From an uncultured Anaerolineales bacterium (GTDB lineage Bacteria; Chloroflexota; Anaerolineae; B4-G1; SLSP01): a stretch of 64,000 nt of DNA. Positions 1-9,402 of the stretch are shown one piece after another. The stretch is taken from contig CAYTGR010000013.1 in the NCBI GenBank assembly GCA_964437445.1, positions 17,786 to 81,785 on the forward strand. The letters are read 5' to 3'. Numbering within the stretch: the stretch's first letter is position 1; each line of letters starts with the position of its first letter. The notes beneath the pieces are model-generated. The model was given only the letters and a program-made list of their open reading frames with translations. It had not been told where the DNA came from and ran no database searches. The position numbers and the translations under genes were made by a program.

Positions 1-31
1 GGAACTGGCCGCGACGCACTCGCCCCGCCCC

Positions 32-637
32 GTGCATTTCCTGCAGGCCTGGGCCACGGATGCTCAGACGGAATGGATGGCGGCCTTAGAGGGCGAGGGG
101 TACCAAATAGTGCGGCGCTTCAACAATATGCTGCATCCCTTGACTTCAATTCCTGTTAAACCATTACCGGCCGGGTTTGAACTCCGCCCGGTGCAGCCGG
201 AGCATTTCCGGGCGATTTGGGAAGCCCAAAAAGAAATGAATCAGGGTATGTTTGAAAACGCCGACGAGGATTGGACTGAAGACCAATACCCGGCTTGGTT
301 GGAAGCCGCTCAGCGGACCTCCGCGCTGTGGCAGGTAGCCTGGGCAGGTGACCGGCTGGCGGGGATGGTGCTTGCGCGCATTGACGCGGCGCAAAATGCG
401 GAACGGGGACAAAAGCGCGGTTATACGGAGCATATCTACGTGCGCCGGCCCTGGCGGCAACAGGGCCTGGCCGGTGCCTTGATTGTGCGTGCTCTCCAGA
501 TGCTCCGGGCACAAGGCATGGAGGAGGCCGAATTGGGCGTGGATGCGGACAATGAAAGTGCTGCCTATCGGCTGTACGAGAGCCTGGGCTATAAAACCTA
601 CTACGTGGATCTCTGGTGGCGAAAAGCTATGGTTTAG
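32..637 (+). CDS. GNAT family N-acetyltransferase (GTG start; no in-frame stop between the window edge and nt 32, so the true start may lie upstream)
   Basis: 201-aa ORF. Acetyl-CoA motif A (RRPWRQQGLAGALIVRAL, R-x-x-G-x-A) followed by the typical GNAT C-terminal beta strands (AAYRLYESLGY). Confidence 0.7.
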   Translation: MHFLQAWATDAQTEWMAALEGEGYQIVRRFNNMLHPLTSIPVKPLPAGFELRPVQPEHFRAIWEAQKEMNQGMFENADEDWTEDQYPAWLEAAQRTSALWQVAWAGDRLAGMVLARIDAAQNAERGQKRGYTEHIYVRRPWRQQGLAGALIVRALQMLRAQGMEEAELGVDADNESAAYRLYESLGYKTYYVDLWWRKAMV

Positions 638-708
638 CGGGCTGCCGCCATGGGGGCACACGATTTTGGGGTTTGCCAGCTGGTATCTTCTCAATATTTG
701 GGGATTCA

Positions 709-775
709 GGTTTGTAATGAGGCGCTTTAGCGCCGTTTTCAGCGCGCTGAAGCGTGCCACCACGAACTTTTGCCC
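709..775. repeat. Dispersed palindromic repeat, family A copy 1 (GGTTTGT..GGCGCTTTAGCGC..loop..GCGC..AAGCG..CCACCACGAAC)
   Basis: Near-identical core also at 55104..55168 and 60354..60412. Imperfect hairpin. Lies between convergent 3' ends of the GNAT gene and the permease gene. Confidence 0.6.
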
Positions 776-860
776 TGCTTTTTGAGCAGATACCGGTACT
801 GTGTGTCAGGAGCCCGATGCAGCATGATGAGGGTGGGGTTTGTCCACCACCCTCATAGTG

Positions 861-2249
861 TTACACCAGGCCCAGGAGCCGCCACCAGGTGACTTCAATG
901 GGGATCAGGACGAGCAGCGTGACTAACGTGAGCGGCAGACCGTATTTCAGCACCTGGCGGTTGCTGTAACCGCCGATTTCGCCCTGACCGAGCAGGATGG
1001 CGACGTGCTGGAAGGGGAAAAGGTAGTGAATGGAGACGGCGGTATAGACCAGGAGCGCCGGGAACAGCGGACTCCAGCCCGCCGAGGTGGCATAATGGAC
1101 CATCGGTGGCGCGACGATGGACATACAGGCCAGAGCGCTGCCCAACAGCATATGGATGAGCATGGTTGCGCCGCCGATCAAGGCCGCGAAGGCGTAGGGA
1201 TTCTGCGGCGGGATGGCAGGCAGTAAACGGGCGGCCAGCCAGTCCGAGAGGCCGGTCGTTTTGCCCACCGTGCCGATTGCCAGCGCGCCAACCACAAAGA
1301 ACAGAATCGGCCAGTTGATGCCGGTGCTGAGATCTTGAGCCTCCAACACATCGCCCACGCCGGGCAGCGATAACCCTACCACTGCCAGCAACGCCACCCA
1401 GGCCGGATCAAGATGGTGGATGAAGTCCGTGGTCCATAACGCCAGCGCTGCCAGCACCCACAGTAAGGTGACTATTTCGGTGCGGCGCAGGGGACCCAGG
1501 GTGTTCTGCTCTTGCCGCAGGGCGGCGCGGTCAATATGGAGCGGGCCGGTTTGCGGGAACACCAGCAGGTGTAACCCCAGCATCAACAGCGAAGCCAGCA
1601 GGCCCGGCACGGCCATATATCTGGCCCAATCCAGCCACCCCACCGAAAGGCCGCTAAACCCCACCGTCGCCAGATTGAGGGTGGAGTCGCCGGTCAGCAC
1701 CATGGTGGAGGTGGCGGTCGTGGACACAAAAACCGAAAGCCCCACCGAAGCCTGATCCGCCGCGTTCATCCCGGCACGTTGGGTAATGGCGCGCAGCAGC
1801 GACATCAGTAGCAGAGCGCGCGGGAACGGGTGCGGGATGAGAAAGCTCAACACGAACCCCAGTACGTAGGTCAGAACAATGAGACTGTGGTATGAATTGG
1901 CATAGCGGATAATGAAAAAATAGGCTATGCGTTCGGCCAGGCCCGATTTGGTGACCGCGGCGGCGATTAGGAACGAGCCGATAATCAGCCACATCAGCGG
2001 TAAAGTCCAGATGTGAAACACGACCTCCGGCGTCGCCAGCCCCAACAGCAGGTAGCCCATGAGCATCAGCAGGGTGGCGTAGGCCGGCGGGACGACGTTG
2101 AAGATCCACCAGACCACCGTGAACAGGGTGATGCTGAGCGTCTTCCGTCCCGCCGGGCTGAGGTCACCGGGCAAGGGTAGCCCCCATAAAACCACCGCCA
2201 GAAGCAGGGAAAGGCCAATCCCTGCCAGTTTACGATTCCCAAACTGCAC
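861..2249 (-). CDS. Anion/solute permease of the ArsB/NhaD superfamily (DASS/CitMHS-like), polytopic
   Basis: 488-aa ORF (861..2327) with about 12 hydrophobic helices. The first 20 codons overlap the upstream esterase, so the start is probably the internal GTG near 2249. Confidence 0.55.
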   Translation of the reverse strand: MQFGNRKLAGIGLSLLLAVVLWGLPLPGDLSPAGRKTLSITLFTVVWWIFNVVPPAYATLLMLMGYLLLGLATPEVVFHIWTLPLMWLIIGSFLIAAAVTKSGLAERIAYFFIIRYANSYHSLIVLTYVLGFVLSFLIPHPFPRALLLMSLLRAITQRAGMNAADQASVGLSVFVSTTATSTMVLTGDSTLNLATVGFSGLSVGWLDWARYMAVPGLLASLLMLGLHLLVFPQTGPLHIDRAALRQEQNTLGPLRRTEIVTLLWVLAALALWTTDFIHHLDPAWVALLAVVGLSLPGVGDVLEAQDLSTGINWPILFFVVGALAIGTVGKTTGLSDWLAARLLPAIPPQNPYAFAALIGGATMLIHMLLGSALACMSIVAPPMVHYATSAGWSPLFPALLVYTAVSIHYLFPFQHVAILLGQGEIGGYSNRQVLKYGLPLTLVTLLVLIPIEVTWWRLLGLV

Positions 2250-2265
2250 GCGGACGTGATTCAGG

Positions 2266-3165
2266 TTAGCGGCATAAGGCTTGATCAAGGAAATGCAGCA
2301 CTTTCTGGATGTTATGCGGCTGTTCAAACGCCGGGTCGGCGTGCCGTGCCCCGGGTAGCAACTCTAACGTGACCTGCTCCGGGCCAAGCACAGCGCGCAA
2401 TTTGGCGGCCAGGTTAACGGATTGTTGATAGGGCACGGTATCATCCCGGTCGCCGTGCTGAATGAAAAACGGCGGCAGGCCGGGGCGGATGTATGTCTCC
2501 GGGTTGGCCTGGCGCACCACGTCAGGGATTTGGGTGATGGGCTGTCCCAACAGCAAGGATTCGGGCGAGTGCGGCCCGTTGTGGGCCAGGTGCGGCTGTG
2601 GTGCCAGGCCGGATTCGGCCAGTTGGGCATCCATTTGAAGGAAATTGGTTGGGCCGAACCAATCTACCACCGCCTGAACCTGCGCAGGGTCGTCAGGGTT
2701 GCCCAGGGTCAGGTCTTCCAGTTCGGGGATCCCGGCGGAAACGCCCGCCATCAAGGCCAGGTAGCCACCGGCCGAGCCGCCCCAGACGGCAATCCGGGTG
2801 GGGTCAAACAGAAACTGGGTGGTGTTGGCACGCACCCAACGGATGGCGGCTTTCACATCCTGCACCAGCGCCGGGAAAAGCGCTTCGCCGCTCAGGCGGT
2901 AATTGATGGAAACCACGGCATAACCGTGTTTCAGCCCTTCCAGCATGGGCATCAATTGGGCATCGCGTTTATCCCCGCCCATGAAGGCTCCACCGTGGAT
3001 GGCGAGAATGACCGGGAAAGGCCCATTTCCTTCCGCCGGCCAGTACAGGTCTAATTTTTGGGCCGGCGACAGGTTGGCGTAGGGAATATCAAACATTTTG
3101 CGCTCAATGTGATCGGTTTTAGCTTCCGGGATCACCAACGGTACGGCATAATGTTTCTCGTTCAT
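2266..3165 (-). CDS. Alpha/beta-hydrolase esterase (HGG oxyanion motif, GGSAGG nucleophile elbow), cytoplasmic paralog
   Basis: HGGAFMGGDK, SINYRLS, WGGSAGG and HGDRDD motifs. No signal peptide. Start placed at the ATG at 3165, which has an AAGAGG RBS 6 nt upstream; the 3258 start of the ORF track would overlap the permease. Confidence 0.75.
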   Translation of the reverse strand: MNEKHYAVPLVIPEAKTDHIERKMFDIPYANLSPAQKLDLYWPAEGNGPFPVILAIHGGAFMGGDKRDAQLMPMLEGLKHGYAVVSINYRLSGEALFPALVQDVKAAIRWVRANTTQFLFDPTRIAVWGGSAGGYLALMAGVSAGIPELEDLTLGNPDDPAQVQAVVDWFGPTNFLQMDAQLAESGLAPQPHLAHNGPHSPESLLLGQPITQIPDVVRQANPETYIRPGLPPFFIQHGDRDDTVPYQQSVNLAAKLRAVLGPEQVTLELLPGARHADPAFEQPHNIQKVLHFLDQALCR

Positions 3166-3199
3166 AGTTGCCTCTTTGAATCTTGTGGTTAAGGATAGC

Positions 3200-4171
3200 T
3201 CAGGCCGAGGGCGCCGGCTTGCGGGTAGGCCGGCGCTGGCTTTTCTGGTACTCGTCAAACGTCACGGCCCCCAGCAAAATCAGCCCCTTGACGATATACT
3301 GCGCATAGGTGCCCAGGCCGGCCAGCTGCATCCCATTCCCCAGCACGGCCAGGATGAAGACCCCGGTCACCAGCCCCAGCATATTGCCTTCCCCCCCGAT
3401 AAAACTGATGCCGCCGACGATAGCCGCCGTCAGACAGGTGAATTCGGTCCCCGGGCCGAACATGGAATTGGTGGTGTTCGCCTTGGCGATCATCACCAGG
3501 GTGGCGATGGCGACGAAAAAGCCGCATATCGTATAGACGGCTATTTTCATCCAGGTAGTTTTGATCCCCGCTAACCGGGCCGCTTCCTCGTTGCCCCCTA
3601 ACGCCAGCACATTCCACCCGAAAGAGGTCCTGGCGTAGACAAAACTCGCCAGCAGCACAATCGCCAGCGTGAGCCAGACATCGTAGGGAATGTTCAGGAA
3701 CTTCCCACTGGTGATCACCAGAAATTCGGCCGGGTAATTTCTAAACGTATTGGCTTTGGAGACGATATAGGAGAGACCCTGGAAAACTGTGCTGGTGGCA
3801 ATCGTGACAATCAAAGGGAAGACTTTGACCTTGGCGACGATGAAGCCATTGAAAAAACCCAGCAGGGTGCCGAGCGTGATGCCGATCAGGATGGCGAGCC
3901 AGACCGGCAGATGGTAAACCACCATGCTCATCGCCGTGACCACGCCGACCAGGGACATCTGGTAGCCCACCGACAGATCAATGCCACCGCCGATCATCAC
4001 AAACGACAGGCCAACGGCGGCGATAATGAAATAGGTATTTTGGGTGATGATATTGGTCATGTTGCGGAGGGTCAAAAAATAGGGGCTGGAAAAAGAGAAC
4101 AGCACCATCAAGATAATCAGGATGAACATGACCGTATATTTTTGCAGACCACGTAGATTAATTCTGAACAT
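3200..4171 (-). CDS. Sugar ABC transporter permease (RbsC/BPD_transp_2-like)
   Basis: Hydrophobic polytopic protein with GGIDLSVG motif typical of ribose/monosaccharide ABC permeases. Likely start is MFRINLRG (4171), overlapping the ATPase stop by 14 nt; the ORF track extends to 4282. Confidence 0.75.
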   Translation of the reverse strand: MFRINLRGLQKYTVMFILIILMVLFSFSSPYFLTLRNMTNIITQNTYFIIAAVGLSFVMIGGGIDLSVGYQMSLVGVVTAMSMVVYHLPVWLAILIGITLGTLLGFFNGFIVAKVKVFPLIVTIATSTVFQGLSYIVSKANTFRNYPAEFLVITSGKFLNIPYDVWLTLAIVLLASFVYARTSFGWNVLALGGNEEAARLAGIKTTWMKIAVYTICGFFVAIATLVMIAKANTTNSMFGPGTEFTCLTAAIVGGISFIGGEGNMLGLVTGVFILAVLGNGMQLAGLGTYAQYIVKGLILLGAVTFDEYQKSQRRPTRKPAPSA

Positions 4172-5669
4172 AAGAGTCCTCGTTCTCTGCTGGGTGATGG
4201 CCAGAGGCCAGTTCAATGACATAGCGTTGGTCAAATTTTTCATGGGGGATTTCTCCCATGAATCGGCCTTCGCATAACACAATCAGACGATCTGACATGC
4301 CCAGTAACTCTTCCATGTCGGAAGAAATCATCAAGATGGTTTTACCCTGATTGACCAGGTCTACCATCAAATGGTAGATTTCTTGCTTGGCGCCGACATC
4401 AATGCCCCGGGTCGGTTCGTCAAAGATCAAAATACTGGTATCGGCGGCCAGAGTTTTGGCCAGCACCACTTTCTGCTGATTCCCACCCGAAAGGTGAATG
4501 ACGCGCTGCTCCATAGAAGGGGCCCGGATGTTGAACTTCTCTATGTAGTAGCGTGCCACTTGCTTCACGGCGCGGGAATCCACCACGGAATAAGGGGCCA
4601 GCCGGTTAAAGATGGAAAGTGAAATGTTAAAGCGGATACTGGCATTTAAAAGGCACCCGTGATGCTTGCGATCCTCCGGGATAAGGCCGATCCCGCAAGC
4701 CAGGGCCTGATCCGGCGCCCGGATGTCCCGCTTTTTCCCGGCGACCCAGACCTCGCCGCCCTCTTTGGGGGCGGCCCCATAAATGAGACTCGCCAGCTCC
4801 GTCCGCCCGGAACCCACCAGTCCTGCTATGCCCAGAATTTCCCCCTGCCTCACGGCAAAAGAGATATCCTGGTCCCCCAAACCTGAAAGATGGCGTACTT
4901 CCAACACCGTCTCGCCGGGTGCCCCTGTGCGGCGGGGATAATACTCTTTCAACTCCCGGCCCACCATAAGATTGATCAACAGCTGCCGGTTTGCCTGGCT
5001 TGTCACTAACGTATCCACATAACGCCCGTCCCGCATCACCGTCACCCGGTCCGCAATTCTAAACAGCTCCTCCAACCGGTGCGAGATGTAAATGACAGTC
5101 ACTCCCCGTTCTTTGAGCCGGCCGATAATTTCAAACATCGTCTCCACTTCAGCCGCGGAAAGGGGCGCGCTGGGTTCATCCATGATCAGCAGCCGGGCAT
5201 TCTGCGAAATGGCCTTGGCGATTTCCACCAGCTGCTTTTGCGCCGGGCTGAGCTTGCGCACCGGCATGGCGGGATCCAGCGTGACATTCATCAGGGCAAA
5301 GATTTGGGCCGCGCGAGCCTGGACCTCTTGAGCCTGGACCAGCCAGCCCCGCTTTTCACCGAGAAAAACATTTTGGGCCACCGATAACGATTCCACCAGA
5401 CTGAATTCCTGATAGATTACCGCTATCCCCAGCGACCGGGCCAGAGCGGGCGTCATTTTGGCATATTCCTGAGAGTCCCAAACAATACTGCCCCTATCGG
5501 GCGCAATAGCGCCGGAAATGATTTTAATCAGCGTGGATTTCCCGGCTCCGTTTTCCCCCAGGAGGGCATGGACTTCGCCGCGCTCAAAACTCACCGAGAC
5601 ATCGTCCAGCGCTACTACACCTGGATAGGTCTTGGTCAGGTGCCTGACGGTTAAGATGGGTTGTTGCAT
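4158..5669 (-). CDS. Sugar ABC transporter ATP-binding protein, duplicated NBD (RbsA/MglA-like)
   Basis: 503 aa. Walker A GENGAGKST in the N-terminal half. Second NBD carries the LSGGNQQKV signature and a Walker B D/E. Confidence 0.9.
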   Translation of the reverse strand: MQQPILTVRHLTKTYPGVVALDDVSVSFERGEVHALLGENGAGKSTLIKIISGAIAPDRGSIVWDSQEYAKMTPALARSLGIAVIYQEFSLVESLSVAQNVFLGEKRGWLVQAQEVQARAAQIFALMNVTLDPAMPVRKLSPAQKQLVEIAKAISQNARLLIMDEPSAPLSAAEVETMFEIIGRLKERGVTVIYISHRLEELFRIADRVTVMRDGRYVDTLVTSQANRQLLINLMVGRELKEYYPRRTGAPGETVLEVRHLSGLGDQDISFAVRQGEILGIAGLVGSGRTELASLIYGAAPKEGGEVWVAGKKRDIRAPDQALACGIGLIPEDRKHHGCLLNASIRFNISLSIFNRLAPYSVVDSRAVKQVARYYIEKFNIRAPSMEQRVIHLSGGNQQKVVLAKTLAADTSILIFDEPTRGIDVGAKQEIYHLMVDLVNQGKTILMISSDMEELLGMSDRLIVLCEGRFMGEIPHEKFDQRYVIELASGHHPAENEDSYVQN

Positions 5670-5815
5670 GGATGAAACTCCATTGAATCCACAGGTTGTT
5701 GAGGGCTTGGAAGTTTACAAGGCGTGAAACGTTGAAATACTCGCTGATATTGGACGTTTCACGCCCTGGATTTCGCTGACTGCTTTTCGCCTTTTGGGGT
5801 TGCAGCGGCGGCGTT

Positions 5816-7024
5816 TTATTGCGGCGGGCCGGGCAGTACCAACGGTTGCGGGGCGGCCGTCGGCACCACAATGACCCCACTGCTTTCCGCCGGCACCGCC
5901 ATCAGCTGGCCGTCCACGGCTGTCACCAGGTCCAGCACATCCCAGATGATCTTGGGCACCTGTTCATCGTTTAGCATCTTGCCGGCATATTCTATCGTTC
6001 TGCCGACCAGGTCCCCGCCAAAGCGCACGGTACCACGGAACACGCCGTTCCCTTTGGAAGAATCCGCAATTGCGGGACCTTCGCCGCCGATCATGCCCAC
6101 CCCGAAAACTGCCACCTGGCTCAGGTCGCTGATGGCACTGAGGCCCGCGCCCTTGTTGTACTCATCCATGATGGCTTTGGAAGCGCCCATCGCTCCATCG
6201 CCGGCGTAAGCAATGACCAGTTTGACGTTAGGATTGGTAGTCAGGATATTCTGCATCGTCGTCTGGCCGGCCTGGAACATTTCAGCCTGTTGGATCTGGA
6301 CAATTTTGACCGCCGGGGTGTAAACCGGGTTGACTACCCGATCCGCCACCGACTTTCCGGGCAGATAGTTGCCGCTGGCATCCGAGACCGCCGTGCCGGT
6401 GGCATCAATATAGGCGCCGGTAGCATCTTTCAAGTAAGGCTCGCCGATCATCTGCAACCCGGCCGAACGGGCTACCGCTTCCTCGTTCAGGGTGGAGTTG
6501 AAAATTACCGTCTCCACGGAACCAGGAGCCGCCTCAGGATAGGTCATGTCTACCCATTGTTTAGCCATCAGTGCCGCATATTCACCGGCTAAGAACTGGT
6601 TCATTTTCATCACGGCGTCATAGGCGTTTGCATCGCCCGGATCGCCGCCGGCGAACAGGACCTTGACCCCGGCCTGCCGGGCAGCCACTAACTTGGGCAC
6701 CAGACTGGTTGGTTCCACGGCCATGATGAACAGAAACTTGACTTTCATGGCCGTGAAGTTTTCCACCTGGGTGGCCTGCGTGACCGCATTGCCATCGGCG
6801 CTGGCGACCTGGACATCATACTGCGCCCCAAAGGCATTCTTGAAGGCATCCTGGAACCCCAACATGAGGGGGTTATCCAGGGAGGGCAACGCCACCGCGA
6901 TGATCTCTTTTTGGGTGGGGGCCGATGTTGTGGGGGCTGTAGTCGTTGTGCCCGGTGTTGTTGAACAGGCTACCAGTCCCATGATCAACAACCCGATCAG
7001 AGCCACAAACTTGCTTGTCTTCAT
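5816..7024 (-). CDS. Sugar ABC transporter substrate-binding lipoprotein (type I periplasmic-binding fold)
   Basis: Lipobox LVAC after the signal peptide, followed by a Thr/Pro-rich linker (TTPGTTTTAPTTSAPT). Rest is a PBP fold, co-operonic with the ABC ATPase and permease. Confidence 0.75.
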   Translation of the reverse strand: MKTSKFVALIGLLIMGLVACSTTPGTTTTAPTTSAPTQKEIIAVALPSLDNPLMLGFQDAFKNAFGAQYDVQVASADGNAVTQATQVENFTAMKVKFLFIMAVEPTSLVPKLVAARQAGVKVLFAGGDPGDANAYDAVMKMNQFLAGEYAALMAKQWVDMTYPEAAPGSVETVIFNSTLNEEAVARSAGLQMIGEPYLKDATGAYIDATGTAVSDASGNYLPGKSVADRVVNPVYTPAVKIVQIQQAEMFQAGQTTMQNILTTNPNVKLVIAYAGDGAMGASKAIMDEYNKGAGLSAISDLSQVAVFGVGMIGGEGPAIADSSKGNGVFRGTVRFGGDLVGRTIEYAGKMLNDEQVPKIIWDVLDLVTAVDGQLMAVPAESSGVIVVPTAAPQPLVLPGPPQ

Positions 7025-7063
7025 TTCCTATCTCCTTAAGTTTTCCTTTGGCTGATCAACGAC

Positions 7064-8107
7064 TCACTTCAGATAACGATCCAGGAAGGCTAAAATCAGC
7101 TCCACATTAGCAGTTTCCCAGAATTCGGCGGTACCATGCCCTGCCCCTTCCAGAAACATTAGGGTGACCTTTTCTGAGCCAACGGCCGACACCAGCGCGT
7201 CGTAGAGCAACTGGCTTTGTTGCGGGGGGACATTGCAATCCGCCGTGCCATGCTGGATGAGGAAGGCAGCGTCATCAGCGCTGACATAAGTGATAGGATT
7301 GACCGCTTGCACGGCTTCCGGTACTGTCTGGATCGGCGCGCCCACCAGCAAGGATTCGGGAGAATCGGCAGCATCATGGGTGACCGGGCAACTGGTGCCG
7401 GCGAACTGGGCATCCATCTGCAAGAAATCGGTCGGCCCGTACTGATCTACCACGGCCTGCACACAGCTGGATTGATCAGCATACCCCAACTCCGCGCCCT
7501 CCAGAGCCGCCACGCCGCAGGAAGTGCCCAGTAAAGCGACCAGACTGCCGCCTGCCGAGCCTCCCCAGGCCCCGAATTTATCGGGGTTGAGCCGATACTG
7601 GGCCGCGTTAGCTCGCAAAAACCGAACGGCGGTTTTCAGATCCTGAATCTGAGCCGGGGCTAAGGCCTCGCTGCTCAGGCGGTAATTAACGCTGGCTACC
7701 GCATAGCCGGCGGCCAACAGCTGATCCACGCCGGCCTTGCCCATCGCATCCGCTTTATCACCCATCATAAAGCCGCCGCCATGTACCAGGATCACCAACG
7801 GGAAGGGGCCATCACCTTCCGGCAGGTACAAATCCAGTTTTTGGGTCGGCGAAAGGGATGCATACGCCAGGTCAGGGTATTGAGGTTGTGCCACCGTCGT
7901 CGGTAGCCCGCCCCCCATTCTGCCACCGGCAGGACGGCCACCCGCCGCACTGGTAGGCGTTGCGGTCGGCACGGTTGTCGCCGCCGGGATCTCCGGGGAC
8001 GGCGCGACCGTGGTCTGAACAGGCTCTTGGGTCGGAGTTGGCGTCCCGCAAGCCGCAAGCAACCAGACCAGTACCATTGCCAGGGTCAAAGCTAAAGACT
8101 GTCTCAT
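7064..8107 (-). CDS. Secreted lipoprotein esterase, alpha/beta-hydrolase paralog of 2266..3165
   Basis: Likely start MRQSLALTLAMVLVWLLAACG (lipobox) at 8107 with an AAGGAAA RBS. Pro/Thr linker, then HGGGFMMGDK, SVNYRLSSEAL, WGGSAGG and IQHG motifs collinear with the cytoplasmic paralog. Confidence 0.75.
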   Translation of the reverse strand: MRQSLALTLAMVLVWLLAACGTPTPTQEPVQTTVAPSPEIPAATTVPTATPTSAAGGRPAGGRMGGGLPTTVAQPQYPDLAYASLSPTQKLDLYLPEGDGPFPLVILVHGGGFMMGDKADAMGKAGVDQLLAAGYAVASVNYRLSSEALAPAQIQDLKTAVRFLRANAAQYRLNPDKFGAWGGSAGGSLVALLGTSCGVAALEGAELGYADQSSCVQAVVDQYGPTDFLQMDAQFAGTSCPVTHDAADSPESLLVGAPIQTVPEAVQAVNPITYVSADDAAFLIQHGTADCNVPPQQSQLLYDALVSAVGSEKVTLMFLEGAGHGTAEFWETANVELILAFLDRYLK

Positions 8108-8191
8108 GGATATTTCCTTTCGTTTTCTAAAAAATAACGCTTTCACTGTAGATAGTATAACTTTCCCGCGGCCTGGAAGCAATTCAAAATG

Positions 8192-8217
8192 TGCTATAAT
8201 CTATTCCAGAATGGAAT
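8192..8217 (+). promoter_or_regulatory. Extended -10 promoter (TGcTATAAT) and 15-bp palindromic LysR box ATTCCAGAATGGAAT (T-N11-A)
   Basis: Perfect inverted repeat TTCCA-GAA-TGGAA about 30 nt upstream of the LysR start, in the divergent region between the LysR gene and the esterase/sugar operon. Confidence 0.5.
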
Positions 8218-8245
8218 AAGTCGGGGCAATGAATGGGGGGCAGAC

Positions 8246-9130
8246 ATGGAAGTTAAACAACTGGAATACTTCTTAAAGATTGTGGAAACGGGGAACTTCT
8301 CCATGGCGGCTGAGGAGCTGTATATTTCGCAATCTTCGCTTTCCAAGCAGATTATCGCCCTGGAAAAGGAACTGGGGTGCGCCTTGTTTGATCGCAGCAA
8401 GCGCCAAATCGCGCTGACCCCCGCCGGTGAAACCCTGCTGGGCCATGCCCGCGTCCTGGTGCAGGCCTCGCAGGCGCTGCTCTCCGACCTGGCCCAATAC
8501 AAGACTGTCCCGGCTTTAGCGATCGTGGCTATCCCGGTCATTGCCCAATATGGCATCCCGGCCTACCTGACCCGGTTCAGGCAGGCCTTTCCTGCGATCC
8601 AGGTGACCCTGGAAGAGCGCGAGGCCTCCGCCATCCTGCCGGCGCTGAGCAGCCACCAGTTTGATCTGGCTTTGCTCCGCGATAACTATCTGGATAAAAC
8701 CCAATATGCCTGCGTGGAAGTCGCCTGTGATAAGTTTCTGGTGGTGCTCTCCGACCAACACCGGTTGGCTACCCGCTCAACCCTCTCCCTGGCCGAGCTC
8801 GCTAACGAAAACTTCATCATGTTTGATAAAGGTACGGTGGTACACGAACTGGCAGTGGAGGCCTGCCGGCAGGCCGGATTTGAGCCGCGCATTTTCTATG
8901 CCAGCTTGCGGGTGGAAAGTATTCTCGGCCTGGTGGCCTCGCAGGCCGGGATTGCGCTGATGATGGAGAAGGTCTATGCCTATCATCAGCATCCTCATGT
9001 CCTGGCGCTCCCGCTGACCGAAACGATTGAGAGCCATCTTGTCCTGGCCTGGTTGAAGGACAAAAAACTCTCGCGCCCGGCCAGAAAGTTTGTGGCCTTT
9101 ATGGAAGAGGCGGTGACTGTTCAAGGTTGA
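8246..9130 (+). CDS. LysR-family transcriptional regulator
   Basis: N-terminal HTH (LEYFLKIVETGNFSMAAEELYISQSSLSKQI) plus a LysR substrate-binding domain. Start chosen at MEVKQ (GGGGGG RBS) rather than ORF-track start 8189. Confidence 0.9.
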   Translation: MEVKQLEYFLKIVETGNFSMAAEELYISQSSLSKQIIALEKELGCALFDRSKRQIALTPAGETLLGHARVLVQASQALLSDLAQYKTVPALAIVAIPVIAQYGIPAYLTRFRQAFPAIQVTLEEREASAILPALSSHQFDLALLRDNYLDKTQYACVEVACDKFLVVLSDQHRLATRSTLSLAELANENFIMFDKGTVVHELAVEACRQAGFEPRIFYASLRVESILGLVASQAGIALMMEKVYAYHQHPHVLALPLTETIESHLVLAWLKDKKLSRPARKFVAFMEEAVTVQG

Positions 9131-9402
9131 CGGTTGATGGGGGGCAGAGCAATCTCATCACTGGAGCGGGTCATTCTTGCACCGACATCCTGGCCTTGTT
9201 GGCAACTTTTGGCATGGGGATTGGCACAATGGGTGTATACTGTAAGTAAGTGACATCCAGGGGCCGGCAAGAGCCCCTGGCGCGCCAGGCCAGGCGCGGC
9301 AATTCCCCAGAACCGGCAGGGCCTGCTGTCCACGGGACCCGGCAAGTTTCTTGGGGGTAATTAAAAACTATTCAGCATAGCCTGTAACCCAGGAGGTTTT
9401 TT

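Noticed and set aside
483-785. 100-aa plus-strand ORF, and likewise 60324..60761, sharing a RRFSAV..ALKR.TTN peptide.
   Set aside because: The shared peptide is a translation of the family A repeat element. Both ORFs overlap real neighbouring genes or intergenic repeats.
8189-8245. Longer LysR ORF starting at 8189 (MCYNLFQNGISRGNEWGAD...).
   Set aside because: The extension would overlap the LysR-box and -10 region. The ATG at 8246 has a G-rich RBS and gives a canonical LysR N-terminus.
9261-9284. Perfect 8-bp hairpin CCAGGGGC..GCCCCTGG downstream of the LysR gene, considered as a possible terminator.
   Set aside because: No U tract follows. The sequence is GC-rich and could equally be 5'-UTR structure of the peptidase gene. 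Not called.
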